From IMG/VR virus record IMGVR_UViG_3300048927_000308, positions 1 to 64,000 of that record: 64,000 nt of DNA. One strand, written 5' to 3'. Of the stretch, positions 39,325 through 47,706 are shown piece after piece (position 1 is the stretch's first letter; each line of letters opens with the position of its first letter). The notes below the pieces were generated by a model. It had not been told where the DNA came from, made no database searches, and saw only the letters and a list, made by a program, of their open reading frames with translations. This DNA is from a virus. The position numbers and the translations under genes are program-made.

Positions 39325-39683
39325 GCAGCCACAATCCAATCCGTAGCCAGCAGATCGCCCACAGACGGCACCCAGGGCACAACCACGTCCTGAGCATTTT
39401 TCAGGGCAAAGTAAGCGCCATACGGCACCATATCGCCGGGGAAATGGTCCTTGATCGCTTCCATGCGCGCCGGATACTGACCTTCAGGCACCATCCAGCA
39501 AAACTGACCGCAACCGTTCCAGCCTTTACGTGCAACACGCTTACCTTCCTTAAGCCACATCAGCGCGTCGGAAAAGTCAGCCTCTTCGAGATTAATGGCT
39601 TCAGCATTCTCCTTCGCCAGGATGCTTCTCACCTCATTCATGAGTTTTTCGTCGGAAAGCAGTGCATTAATATCGATCGTCAT
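39321..39683 (-). CDS. DUF2829/Tad2-family anti-defence nucleotide-signal sponge
   Basis: FSDAL..LK.G..VARKGWNG ... W.PS..DLLA.DW signature. Confidence 0.8.
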   Translation of the reverse strand: MTIDINALLSDEKLMNEVRSILAKENAEAINLEEADFSDALMWLKEGKRVARKGWNGCGQFCWMVPEGQYPARMEAIKDHFPGDMVPYGAYFALKNAQDVVVPWVPSVGDLLATDWIVAA

Positions 39684-39696
39684 GATTCATCGCCTC

Positions 39697-39933
39697 TTAA
39701 TGGTTTCTCAGATATTCGCTACCCGCAGGGGTAACGGCGCAGCGGAGAACAGATCCACCCTTAACCCTCGCGACGCGCACCAGCTTCAGATCCACCAGCT
39801 TCTTCACCGGCGCCGTGCAAATCTGCCCGCCGGCGTCGCCGCTCCAGCGATATACGCCGCTTTCGCCCTGGAATACCTGATCTCCATTCGCCATGCGGCG
39901 CAGTACCTGCAATTGCTGTTTCGTCAGTTCCAC
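39697..39933 (-). CDS. Small wHTH-like hypothetical protein
   Basis: LT..Q..VL ... L.DL.LV ... VT..G pattern. Confidence 0.65.
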   Translation of the reverse strand: MELTKQQLQVLRRMANGDQVFQGESGVYRWSGDAGGQICTAPVKKLVDLKLVRVARVKGGSVLRCAVTPAGSEYLRNH

Positions 39934-39959
39934 TTTTCATCCTCAAAATAATATAAATA

Positions 39960-40517
39960 TTAGACTAATATATCTGCCAGTGTATACGCATCAACCAGCA
40001 GTGCCGCCTCCGGCTTATTAAGGGCCGAAAACGCCGCTTTGCCGCCTACAGCGCCGTCAGCATGTACCGGCACCAGCCAGGGGTGAATCTTACGGATCTC
40101 CGGCGGAGCCGCGTACTGGTGATGCCATTTACAAAGCGGAAGCTGCTTTTTGTGGCAATCCGGTGCGGTCCGCCCCTCGATGTGATGAAGGGAGATCTCT
40201 GTGTTGATTACGCCGTGCATGTAGCAGGCGATACACGGCAGAGCACCGAGCGCATCAGTAATACGTTTTTCTTCTGCCGTTGGAGTTCTGCCCTTCAGAC
40301 CTCTCGAATTAATCGGTTTGCGTTGTTTTGTGGCTGGTGGAGCGGGGGAGGTTAGCTTGCGCGCTCGGCGCTTGGCTTCTGCTTCGCGGCGTTTCTGGTA
40401 TTGCTCTTCACGCCATACGGGGTCTGAAAGCTTGGCCCGCTGTTTGGCTATAGCCCTTTGCCGGGCTTCACTGGCACGCTGGCGACGCCTGGCGATTTGT
40501 TGCTCTGTCAATTCCAT
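39960..40517 (-). CDS. ref: RecA-dependent HNH nuclease Ref
   Basis: Basic N-terminus, CIAC, LHH, PLCKWHH; terminator-like hairpin and C1 operator upstream as in P1. Confidence 0.9.
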   Translation of the reverse strand: MELTEQQIARRRQRASEARQRAIAKQRAKLSDPVWREEQYQKRREAEAKRRARKLTSPAPPATKQRKPINSRGLKGRTPTAEEKRITDALGALPCIACYMHGVINTEISLHHIEGRTAPDCHKKQLPLCKWHHQYAAPPEIRKIHPWLVPVHADGAVGGKAAFSALNKPEAALLVDAYTLADILV

Positions 40518-40612
40518 GATTGATTGGCCCAAAAAAAAGACGGTCCGAAGACCGTCAGGGAGATAAATTAAGGCTTTTATTATGACAGTTATCTTTTTCG
40601 GCTTAATTATAC

Positions 40613-40629
40613 ATAACTATTAGAGCAAT
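40613..40629 (-). promoter_or_regulatory. C1 operator upstream of ref
   Basis: ATTGCTCTAATAGTTAT. Confidence 0.75.
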
Positions 40630-40961
40630 CATAGCTTTTCATAAATTGCCCATTCATCAAGATAAGCATTGGACATCGAGATTGCCGCGATGCCCTCTGT
40701 GCCTTCTTCAGCCCAGCCGTGACGGGTGAGGATGTTTTTGAAGCGCTTACGGTATAGGCCTTTCAGCAGTTCTGTTTTCACTTCTGTTATGTACTCCTTG
40801 TGCGCCCGCGCTTCTGGCGAATAACGGCGACGGATAACCAAGATCAGAATTATGAACCAGCACGCGACAATCATCAGCCACCAGATAGACAGAGCCGGGT
40901 CATTAATGGCTGAAACAATGACGTTGGCCACCAGCATAAAGACCATAAAACGGATAGGCAT
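40629..40961 (-). CDS. Membrane hypothetical protein
   Basis: Two N-terminal hydrophobic segments; AAGGAG RBS. Confidence 0.65.
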   Translation of the reverse strand: MPIRFMVFMLVANVIVSAINDPALSIWWLMIVACWFIILILVIRRRYSPEARAHKEYITEVKTELLKGLYRKRFKNILTRHGWAEEGTEGIAAISMSNAYLDEWAIYEKL

Positions 40962-40973
40962 CGTTGTTGCTCC

Positions 40974-41582
40974 TTAAGACCTCTTCCCAATAAAAATACC
41001 GGTTTCTATCTCCGCACGTTCTTCAGGTGTGAAGATGTTTTCTGGCAGGATGGCGGCAATTTTACCCGGTGACCATGACAGCGGCTCGCTGGCGCGGATC
41101 ACCTCGTTCAGGCGGTCAAAGGCCTCCTCCAGCGCCTGCGGAAGGTCTCCTCCGTCCGGCAGGTCGTCGCAATAATGGTCGCAGCCATCGATCTGGCTCG
41201 GATAGTTAGGAGTGCAGACCACCAGCTGTAGTTCTTCCGGATATAAACCGTTTTCTAAGCAGTGATCGAGAATGTCGTCAACGTCGCTCAGGTACTTGTC
41301 GGTGCCATGCAAATGGAGCATTGCTTTCCCGTCCCACAGCTGGCGCTCCATCGCCTGATATCGCGCTTGCTCGCGCTCATCGTGGCAGGCCTCGCAGTAG
41401 CTGTTATTCGCCCGGACCCCGTGTTCGGGGTTCTTATCACAAAGCTGGTGGGTGCTACCGGCGAAGCGGGCCATATGTTCATCTTTACCCCAAAAGTGGC
41501 CGTGGCGGTCTACCCAGCCCGTCAGCGTCTGGATACTGGCAGCTTCAGTAGAGTCATACATCACGATCGGCTCTTTTTTCAT
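40974..41582 (-). CDS. Phage hypothetical protein (Cys-containing)
   Basis: TGWVDRHG.FWG.DE..AR..G.TH..C pattern; in the operon. Confidence 0.7.
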   Translation of the reverse strand: MKKEPIVMYDSTEAASIQTLTGWVDRHGHFWGKDEHMARFAGSTHQLCDKNPEHGVRANNSYCEACHDEREQARYQAMERQLWDGKAMLHLHGTDKYLSDVDDILDHCLENGLYPEELQLVVCTPNYPSQIDGCDHYCDDLPDGGDLPQALEEAFDRLNEVIRASEPLSWSPGKIAAILPENIFTPEERAEIETGIFIGKRS

Positions 41583-41839
41583 TTTGCAGTTCCTGTGCAT
41601 TGCGCCTCGGCGCTGTTTTTAATCACTAAATAAGTAGCATGTCGCTCAATAGCCCGCCGGGCCTTTCCGGCATTAATCATTTCTGCGACTAAGGCTTGTA
41701 GTTCTTCACCTTTTTCAGGAAGTTTCTCTATCGCGCTCGCCACCTTTTTCTTCAAACACTCCATGCGATAGTCGATAGCGTTTGTAATGTCGATAGCTGG
41801 AAGGGTGATGAGAGTTTCTTCAGGGGAGATAGACATCAC
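41579..41839 (-). CDS. Hypothetical protein
   Basis: Overlapping start/stop junctions in the operon. Confidence 0.6.
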   Translation of the reverse strand: MMSISPEETLITLPAIDITNAIDYRMECLKKKVASAIEKLPEKGEELQALVAEMINAGKARRAIERHATYLVIKNSAEAQCTGTAK

Positions 41840-42597
41840 GACTTCTCTCCTTTTCGGATTCTCTCTGCTGCATCTTCAATAGCTTTGCTGGTGGCTGGGA
41901 AAGCCTCTTTCATCTTGGCCAGCGCCTGGCTATGAGTTATGAAGGTGGTGGTGCCATCGTTGGCCACCAGATTCGATTCATACCAATCCTCCAGTCCGGC
42001 GACGGTCATATCATCCGGCATATCTGCCTGCGCTTCGTCGGTGATAAAGGATAGCCATTTGCTGGCTTCGTATATGTCGCCCTGGTGAATACACAGCTGC
42101 GCGGCCTGCATGCACAGACTTGCTTTGGCGAACATCCAAGAAATGCTTAGCTCACTGGCTGCACGCATAAGAAGGGAAGCGCTTTCGTTCTCCAGTTCAT
42201 GCTTATGATCTTCCAGCTCTGCAATGCGCTGCGCAGGAGTTTTATGGTCAGGTTTCTGGATGGTGATGTTAATCCGGCCGAACTCCGGCACGTTATAATC
42301 AAAGGTGAAGAAGTTGCGTCCGCCGCCCCGCACAAACTCTGCTGCAAACATAAGAGCGGCGATGCTTGAGATTGTCCGGTTTGCAAAGAAGTATTCCAGG
42401 TTAACCGGCTCTTCACTCTTGAGCTGGTGGCCTGCTTGCTCCATCAACGCATAAAAGCGATCCATTTCGTCAGCCTTCTCCTTAATTCGCTTCAGCTCTC
42501 CGTAAAGCATGTCTACGGGTACGCCCAACAGGTCGGCGTAATTGTGGAGGGTTACGTTTACAATGCCGCTGTCGGCATGGTCAAAGGTGTTGCTCAT
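41836..42597 (-). CDS. Ead/Ea22-like protein
   Basis: TIQK...KTPAQRIAELE coiled-coil motif. Confidence 0.6.
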   Translation of the reverse strand: MSNTFDHADSGIVNVTLHNYADLLGVPVDMLYGELKRIKEKADEMDRFYALMEQAGHQLKSEEPVNLEYFFANRTISSIAALMFAAEFVRGGGRNFFTFDYNVPEFGRINITIQKPDHKTPAQRIAELEDHKHELENESASLLMRAASELSISWMFAKASLCMQAAQLCIHQGDIYEASKWLSFITDEAQADMPDDMTVAGLEDWYESNLVANDGTTTFITHSQALAKMKEAFPATSKAIEDAAERIRKGEKS

Positions 42598-42708
42598 GTC
42601 TTTTTCCTATAGCAAGCGAACCTTGTGATATACTCGTTCGCGATTGATTGGCTCGTAGCAAAACTACAGCCATGTGTGCAGCCCGGCGAAAGCTGGGCTT
42701 CTTTCTTT

Positions 42709-42867
42709 TCAGTCCTCTCCCTTGGTGCGATAGAGCGCCACCAGCACCGATAAAGCGATAATCATTAGAGCAAATACGCCAACTTTATCTGCGTTGTAGT
42801 CCTGAAAAACCTTCCACATGTGCCAGCCGATCACCAGACCAACCAGCACCATACCAATCCTTCTCAT
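42709..42867 (-). CDS. Small two-TM protein (52 aa, not in the ORF track)
   Basis: Manual translation MRRIGMVLVGLVIGWHMW...ALYRTKGED; GAGG RBS and ATGA overlap. Confidence 0.6.
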   Translation of the reverse strand: MRRIGMVLVGLVIGWHMWKVFQDYNADKVGVFALMIIALSVLVALYRTKGED

Positions 42868-43181
42868 CGTGTGTTTCCTCGCTTCGCCATCAGCTGTGAT
42901 TGTGCTGCGCTGCGGCTCAGGCAGTCGTTGACCATGCTGATCAGCTCCCCGTACTCCGCCACCAGCTTATCCAGCCCACGGCGGGCGGTTTCATCGGTCG
43001 CATTGCTCACGAACGCCTGCGCGCTCTGGTCACTCTTCATGGGGAACTCAACCGCAATACTGGCCAGCTCTGGCATGTCTTCGGAAAGACGAAGGCCCAC
43101 AATAACTACGGGGCGGCCGTTTGCCCGGCTAGCTGCCAGGTATACGGTTTTCCCGTCGATAATGAAGGCCTGTTTGGTCAT
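42864..43181 (-). CDS. Hypothetical protein downstream of cre
   Basis: 105 aa; C1 operator at 43202-43218 upstream. Confidence 0.65.
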   Translation of the reverse strand: MTKQAFIIDGKTVYLAASRANGRPVVIVGLRLSEDMPELASIAVEFPMKSDQSAQAFVSNATDETARRGLDKLVAEYGELISMVNDCLSRSAAQSQLMAKRGNTR

Positions 43182-43201
43182 AGCTCTGTATTTAAAATAA
43201 T

Positions 43202-43218
43202 TAAGTTATTAGAGCAAT
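43202..43218 (-). promoter_or_regulatory. C1 operator
   Basis: ATTGCTCTAATAACTTA. Confidence 0.75.
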
Positions 43219-43261
43219 AATAAAGGGGGCTTCTCTGGTTGTCATCAATAATCTGGTATTT

Positions 43262-44290
43262 TTAATCCTCTTCCAGCAGGCGCACCATTGCGCCGGTTTC
43301 GCTATCCAGGTTACGGATGTAGCTCATCACAATGTTGGTGTTGGTCCAGCCGCCAGCCTGCATGATCTCCATAATGCCTACCCCCGCGCGCGCCATGTCG
43401 CGGGCAGCGCCCACACGGGCACTGTGACCGGACCAGGCAAGATAGCGCGTGGCATTGTCACTTTTCGCGCCGTAAAGGGTGCGGTGAACAGACTCGAAGA
43501 TGTTTTCCAGCGCGCGGGTAGTCAGCTTGCTGGTGGATGATGGCCCGGCCGCGTCATTCTTCAGCACGCGGCAGAACAGGTAATTGTTCGGGTCTTCGCC
43601 TACACCAGAAACGGCTATCCAGCGCTCCACCAGCTGCGTGACGTTCAGGCTCAGCGCCTTTTCCACGCCAGCGGTGCTAACCAACGTCTTTGTGCGACCG
43701 ATACGCACCAGCATGCGGCCGCCCTCTGTACGGGTAATATCCTTAACACGGATACGGGCGATCTCCGCGACGCGCAGTAGCGTGTTATAGGCCAGTCCCA
43801 AAAATGCCAGGTTACGGATATCCTTCACCCGGTCACTGCCGCCGAGCAGCGCGCGCACCTGGAGGAAGTCCCGACGTTCGAAGGCCAGCGCCTGCGTTGC
43901 TCGTTCGCCAGCGTCCACGTTTTCCTTCCGGATCCGACGCATCACCAGAGAAACGGCGTTACTGTCGCTCGGACGCGGCAGCCCGGCGCGCTTGTGCAGC
44001 ATATTGAGCTGTCCGAGGTGCATCTGGATCGTCTTCACCTTGCACCCGCGTTCCTGCAAACTCAGCAGATAATCGCGGACGTTCTCCGGGTCGGCCGGAA
44101 ACCAGGTGTGGCCCTTTTCCATGCACCAGCCAGCCCACGCGCGGCAGACGGACATCAGCATTTTCCATGTGTGCTCGGAAAAGGCCGCTTTGTCACGGAA
44201 CATCGCGTGAAGGTTATTCCGCACGTCGTCGCTGGTGGATTCGACAGGTAAAGCGGGTAAATTGTGGTGAACGGTCAACGTATCGGTCAT
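43262..44290 (-). CDS. cre: Cre tyrosine recombinase (diverged orthologue)
   Basis: LPALPV, FSEHTWKML, AYNTLLR, GRTKTLVS, WSGHSARVGAA, GGW and YIRNLDSETG. Confidence 0.97.
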   Translation of the reverse strand: MTDTLTVHHNLPALPVESTSDDVRNNLHAMFRDKAAFSEHTWKMLMSVCRAWAGWCMEKGHTWFPADPENVRDYLLSLQERGCKVKTIQMHLGQLNMLHKRAGLPRPSDSNAVSLVMRRIRKENVDAGERATQALAFERRDFLQVRALLGGSDRVKDIRNLAFLGLAYNTLLRVAEIARIRVKDITRTEGGRMLVRIGRTKTLVSTAGVEKALSLNVTQLVERWIAVSGVGEDPNNYLFCRVLKNDAAGPSSTSKLTTRALENIFESVHRTLYGAKSDNATRYLAWSGHSARVGAARDMARAGVGIMEIMQAGGWTNTNIVMSYIRNLDSETGAMVRLLEED

Positions 44291-44297
44291 AAGTTAG

Positions 44298-44513
44298 TCA
44301 AATTGTTGTTTTCAGAAGAGTGTACAGCATGGATTCGGCTTTTACTCGCCCGCGCTGCGCTTCATACAGACACCAGCGGCCGCGTTCCTTCCGGATCACG
44401 TCTTCGCCTCGCGTCAGCGTCAGGTCGGTGGCTTTACGCTCGTACCCTTTAGCGCGCCAGTATCCGCGATTTTTCTCCAGCTCCAGATGTGCTGCTACGT
44501 CGCCCGCCCTCAT
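44298..44513 (-). CDS. Small protein immediately upstream of cre (cra position)
   Basis: 71 aa with GAGGT RBS. Confidence 0.6.
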   Translation of the reverse strand: MRAGDVAAHLELEKNRGYWRAKGYERKATDLTLTRGEDVIRKERGRWCLYEAQRGRVKAESMLYTLLKTTI

Positions 44514-45571
44514 GCCGTCACCTCTTCAGTATTGCCCACCAGCTCCATGCGGTTTTCATGGGGGTTGAAGCCATCTACCTCACTGCGTCGAAATTTACCG
44601 GCATAGTTCGGATCCTTCGTATAGCCGTTGAACTCTGGACAATGGTAGAGCTGGTGGCCAGTATGGAAAAGGCGGTAAAGCGGCTCGTTGTCAGGGAAAA
44701 GGATCTGCTTCAGTTGGTGCGCGCGCAGGTAGTCCATGCTGGCCACGGCATCGCTCAGCAGCCTTTCCAACTTGCGGCGGCGCGCGTTACCGTTACGTTT
44801 CTGGCGCGGATTTTCCGGGCGCTGTACATAAAGGTCAAAACTGGCCTTGTTGCCGATCCCATAGCGGCCCCAAGCGACGTACCACATATTGTTGATGTTG
44901 TACCAAGCAGTGCCGGTCATGATCCGGCCTTTATGGTCGAACCACCAGACGCGAATCCCCGGTGCCAGTTGCTGGCCTTCAGCAGATTTGTAGTTGTAGG
45001 TGTATGGGTTCTTTTTCAGGTACTCGGCCCAATCGCCGTTATTGTTCCAGCTAGACCGGTAATCAGCCTTGATGATGTCCATATTGGTTAATTTGCCGGG
45101 ACCAATGTCGCTCCAGCCCGGATCCTTTTCCATCAGGCGGTAGCCGTCGAAGACGTTGGTCAGGTAGGTGACTATCCGGTTGCGGGTCCGCAACATTTCC
45201 ATGCGCATCAGGTATGGCATGTGTTTTTCTTTATCGGACTGATAGCGGCCCTCGTAATCAGGGCGGTTCGGCGCGTTCACGTTCTGGAAAAACTCCAGCT
45301 CAATGCTGCGGCCGTGAAGCTTCAGATCAGCTTTTAGATCGCCTTTGGTGCAGTAGCGGAACTGGCGGGCAAAATTAACGCCGTACCGGTCAATATCCTC
45401 CTGCGGGACCACCACCAGCCAACCCAGGCGATTTAACGTCTGAATGACGCGGCGGAAGACGTCACGCTTGAATCCGCGTTCATAGGCATCGTCCACGCGC
45501 TCCGGGTTTTCCCATATATACAGGCAGGCATCGCCCAGGCGGATATCACCATTTCTTTTAATCTGTGCCAT
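44510..45571 (-). CDS. Hypothetical protein between loxP and cre
   Basis: 353 aa with GAGGT RBS. Confidence 0.8.
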   Translation of the reverse strand: MAQIKRNGDIRLGDACLYIWENPERVDDAYERGFKRDVFRRVIQTLNRLGWLVVVPQEDIDRYGVNFARQFRYCTKGDLKADLKLHGRSIELEFFQNVNAPNRPDYEGRYQSDKEKHMPYLMRMEMLRTRNRIVTYLTNVFDGYRLMEKDPGWSDIGPGKLTNMDIIKADYRSSWNNNGDWAEYLKKNPYTYNYKSAEGQQLAPGIRVWWFDHKGRIMTGTAWYNINNMWYVAWGRYGIGNKASFDLYVQRPENPRQKRNGNARRRKLERLLSDAVASMDYLRAHQLKQILFPDNEPLYRLFHTGHQLYHCPEFNGYTKDPNYAGKFRRSEVDGFNPHENRMELVGNTEEVTA

Positions 45572-45725
45572 GTAACACCTCTATTTTGATTGATTGGCTA
45601 AGTAAGCGTGCGCTACGTGAATTCTGATATTTTTCGCGGGTATTTCTTCCCGAAAATTCACGTAGCTGCATCTGATCAATGATCACACAATCAAGCACAT
45701 GTAAAACAAGGGCTTGCGATTGTGA

Positions 45726-45741
45726 CTGTATGGATATACAG
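45726..45741. promoter_or_regulatory. LexA (SOS) box next to loxP
   Basis: CTGTATGGATATACAG fits CTG-N10-CAG. Confidence 0.75.
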
Positions 45742-45770
45742 TATATTTGATCACGTGATCAGGGTAAATA

Positions 45771-45804
45771 ATAACTTCGTATAATGTATGCTATACGAAG
45801 TTAT
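45771..45804 (+). other. loxP: loxP recombination site
   Basis: ATAACTTCGTATA ATGTATGC TATACGAAGTTAT, identical to canonical loxP. Confidence 0.99.
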
Positions 45805-45847
45805 TGCACAGGGAGAGTCTAACCACGTTTAGGTGTGCATGGCAATA

Positions 45848-45864
45848 TAATTTATTAGAGCAAT
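45848..45864 (-). promoter_or_regulatory. C1 operator
   Basis: ATTGCTCTAATAAATTA. Confidence 0.85.
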
Positions 45865-45925
45865 ACAAAAATCACATCATAACGTGCCCTTTGTCAGAAA
45901 AGATGGCATATCTAGTTGCGCTTGT

Positions 45926-45954
45926 TTGACAATTGCTCTAATAAAATTTAAATT
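45926..45954 (+). promoter_or_regulatory. Sigma70 promoter with a C1 operator as its 17-bp spacer (coi operon)
   Basis: TTGACA-ATTGCTCTAATAAAATT-TAAATT. Confidence 0.85.
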
Positions 45955-46120
45955 TTGCACGCCTTGTGCCGGGGGCCATTTCGCTTGCTAAGCCCCGGCA
46001 CATTGGCCACTGATTGCCAACGTTAAAAGCAGCGCCGGCACACAACGGTAAGAGCATTGAGTATGTGACGACATCCCGGTAAGACCAGGCACATTTCCCT
46101 GGCGCGGCAGTGCTCTAATC

Positions 46121-46249
46121 GTTGTGGGTGTAGCTTAAATGGTAGAGCGCCTCTTGAAGGAGGAGTTGAGCGCTGCCCAAGGTTCATTACCCGGGGCATC
46201 TCATACGGCTGGCCAGACGTTATCCGGGTTCGAGTCCCGGCACCACAAC
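46121..46249 (+). ncRNA. tRNA-like structured RNA (non-canonical)
   Basis: D-arm GCTT-AAATGGTA-GAGC, T-arm CCGGG-TTCGAGT-CCCGG, acceptor GTTGTG(G)GTG/CACCACAAC. The anticodon loop is shrunken, the variable region is ~60 nt, and there is no CCA end. Confidence 0.65.
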
Positions 46250-46509
46250 TTGATCTTGAAGGTAGCGCCCAGCCGGAGGTGGCGAGTAACACCGGCAGCA
46301 ATAGCAGTAAGCGGGAATCCTCCAACACCTGAGCCGCACGATCCCGAATGCCGTACGCGCCATTTTGTGAATAGGGACAAGAAGGCAAACGAGGCCTGAA
46401 TGGTCGGACTGAGATATTGCCGCTTAGCCCACGTCAAGGGCCAATTACAGGAACATTGGGCTGCCCTGAAGGGGCTCTGTGATGCGATTTTCTAAGTAGG
46501 GAACTCACG

Positions 46510-46719
46510 ATGGCTTTTACAACTCCTACCACTGATGATGTTAGAAATTATTCTAACGATTTGTCTTTAGACCTCACTTCACCCGACGCTGCTCGTATTC
46601 TTACCGAGCATCACCTCAAGCTCTCAAACCAGGACTACCGCGTCTCAGATGACGACCGGAACGACTTGGAAGACTCCATTGAGTACCAGATCTACACCCT
46701 CCTCACAGAATCCTCTTGA
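46510..46719 (+). CDS. coi: C1 inactivator Coi
   Basis: 69-aa acidic protein MAFTTPTTDDVR..., similar to P1 Coi and upstream of c1. Confidence 0.9.
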   Translation: MAFTTPTTDDVRNYSNDLSLDLTSPDAARILTEHHLKLSNQDYRVSDDDRNDLEDSIEYQIYTLLTESS

Positions 46720-46735
46720 ATGCTCTAATAAATCT
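46719..46735 (+). promoter_or_regulatory. C1 operator upstream of c1
   Basis: AATGCTCTAATAAATCT. Confidence 0.8.
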
Positions 46736-46827
46736 ATTTTTTTTAATAGATCCTTTTATAATGTTGAGAACATTCCCCGTCGCTAGGGATCGGGGGATGT
46801 GACTCGTATCATTATTGGAGGAACTAT

Positions 46828-47679
46828 ATGGTCAACTATGTCTATGGCGAGAAGCTATACAGGGAATTCGTTAAGTTTAGGGAGCAATTTCTTGCCAGTG
46901 CTGTTGAGCGCGCGCAGCATGTAGACACAGCAAGCGATGGGCGGGCGGTTCGTCCGGTTGTTGTTTTGCCATTCAAAGAAACAGATCGCATCCAGGCTGA
47001 AATTGATAAATGGACCGCGATGGCCAGCGAGCTGGAGCAGTATCCAGATCTTAACGTGCCCAAGACCATCCTTTACCCTATTCCAAATATTCTACGTGGA
47101 GTAAGGAAGGCTACAACCTATCAAACAGAAGCTATTAACAGCGTCAATATGACCGCTAAACGCATTATTCATCTGTTGGATAAAGACATTCGTATTCAAA
47201 CGACATCTGATACGAGTGATTGGGGAAAGAAATATATAAGCAATCTTGAGAAAACCAAAAAAATATTTGAACAGTTCCCTGATGATGAAAAGTTCAGAAT
47301 GAGGATCCATGGTTTCAGCGAAACAATGCTGAGAGTCCACTACATCTCCACCAGCCCTAATTTTAATGGTGGCAAGTCAGTGCCTTACCATGTTCCTTTG
47401 TGTGGGGTATTCATCTGCGATGAAACTTTACGGGATGGATTGTCCATTGGGCCAGAGTTTGAAAAAGAGAAGTTTAGCTTATACGACTCGCTTGAACCTA
47501 TTATTTGTGACCGCTGGCCACAAGCTAAAATTTACCGAATGAAAGATATCGAAGATGTTAAAGGTAAACTTGCACAACTCAGAGAAAATAAGAAAGCACA
47601 ATCAGCAGCTTCCACAACTCGCACCCGTAAAACAAAATCGGGAAATTCAGTTAATGAAAATCCCGATAGTGCCAAATAA
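46828..47679 (+). CDS. c1: Primary repressor C1
   Basis: 283 aa starting MVNYVYGE, as P1 C1; convergent with pacB. Confidence 0.93.
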   Translation: MVNYVYGEKLYREFVKFREQFLASAVERAQHVDTASDGRAVRPVVVLPFKETDRIQAEIDKWTAMASELEQYPDLNVPKTILYPIPNILRGVRKATTYQTEAINSVNMTAKRIIHLLDKDIRIQTTSDTSDWGKKYISNLEKTKKIFEQFPDDEKFRMRIHGFSETMLRVHYISTSPNFNGGKSVPYHVPLCGVFICDETLRDGLSIGPEFEKEKFSLYDSLEPIICDRWPQAKIYRMKDIEDVKGKLAQLRENKKAQSAASTTRTRKTKSGNSVNENPDSAK

Positions 47680-47706
47680 GAATTAATGCTGGTGGCTGAG
47701 CCATAC

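Noticed and set aside
46121-46249. Canonical tRNA gene
   Set aside because: The anticodon loop is not 7 nt, the variable region is oversized, the acceptor is bulged and there is no CCA. Kept only as tRNA-like.
46023-46437. Short ORFs in the coi leader on both strands
   Set aside because: No RBS and no protein-like composition; the region is better explained by RNA structure.
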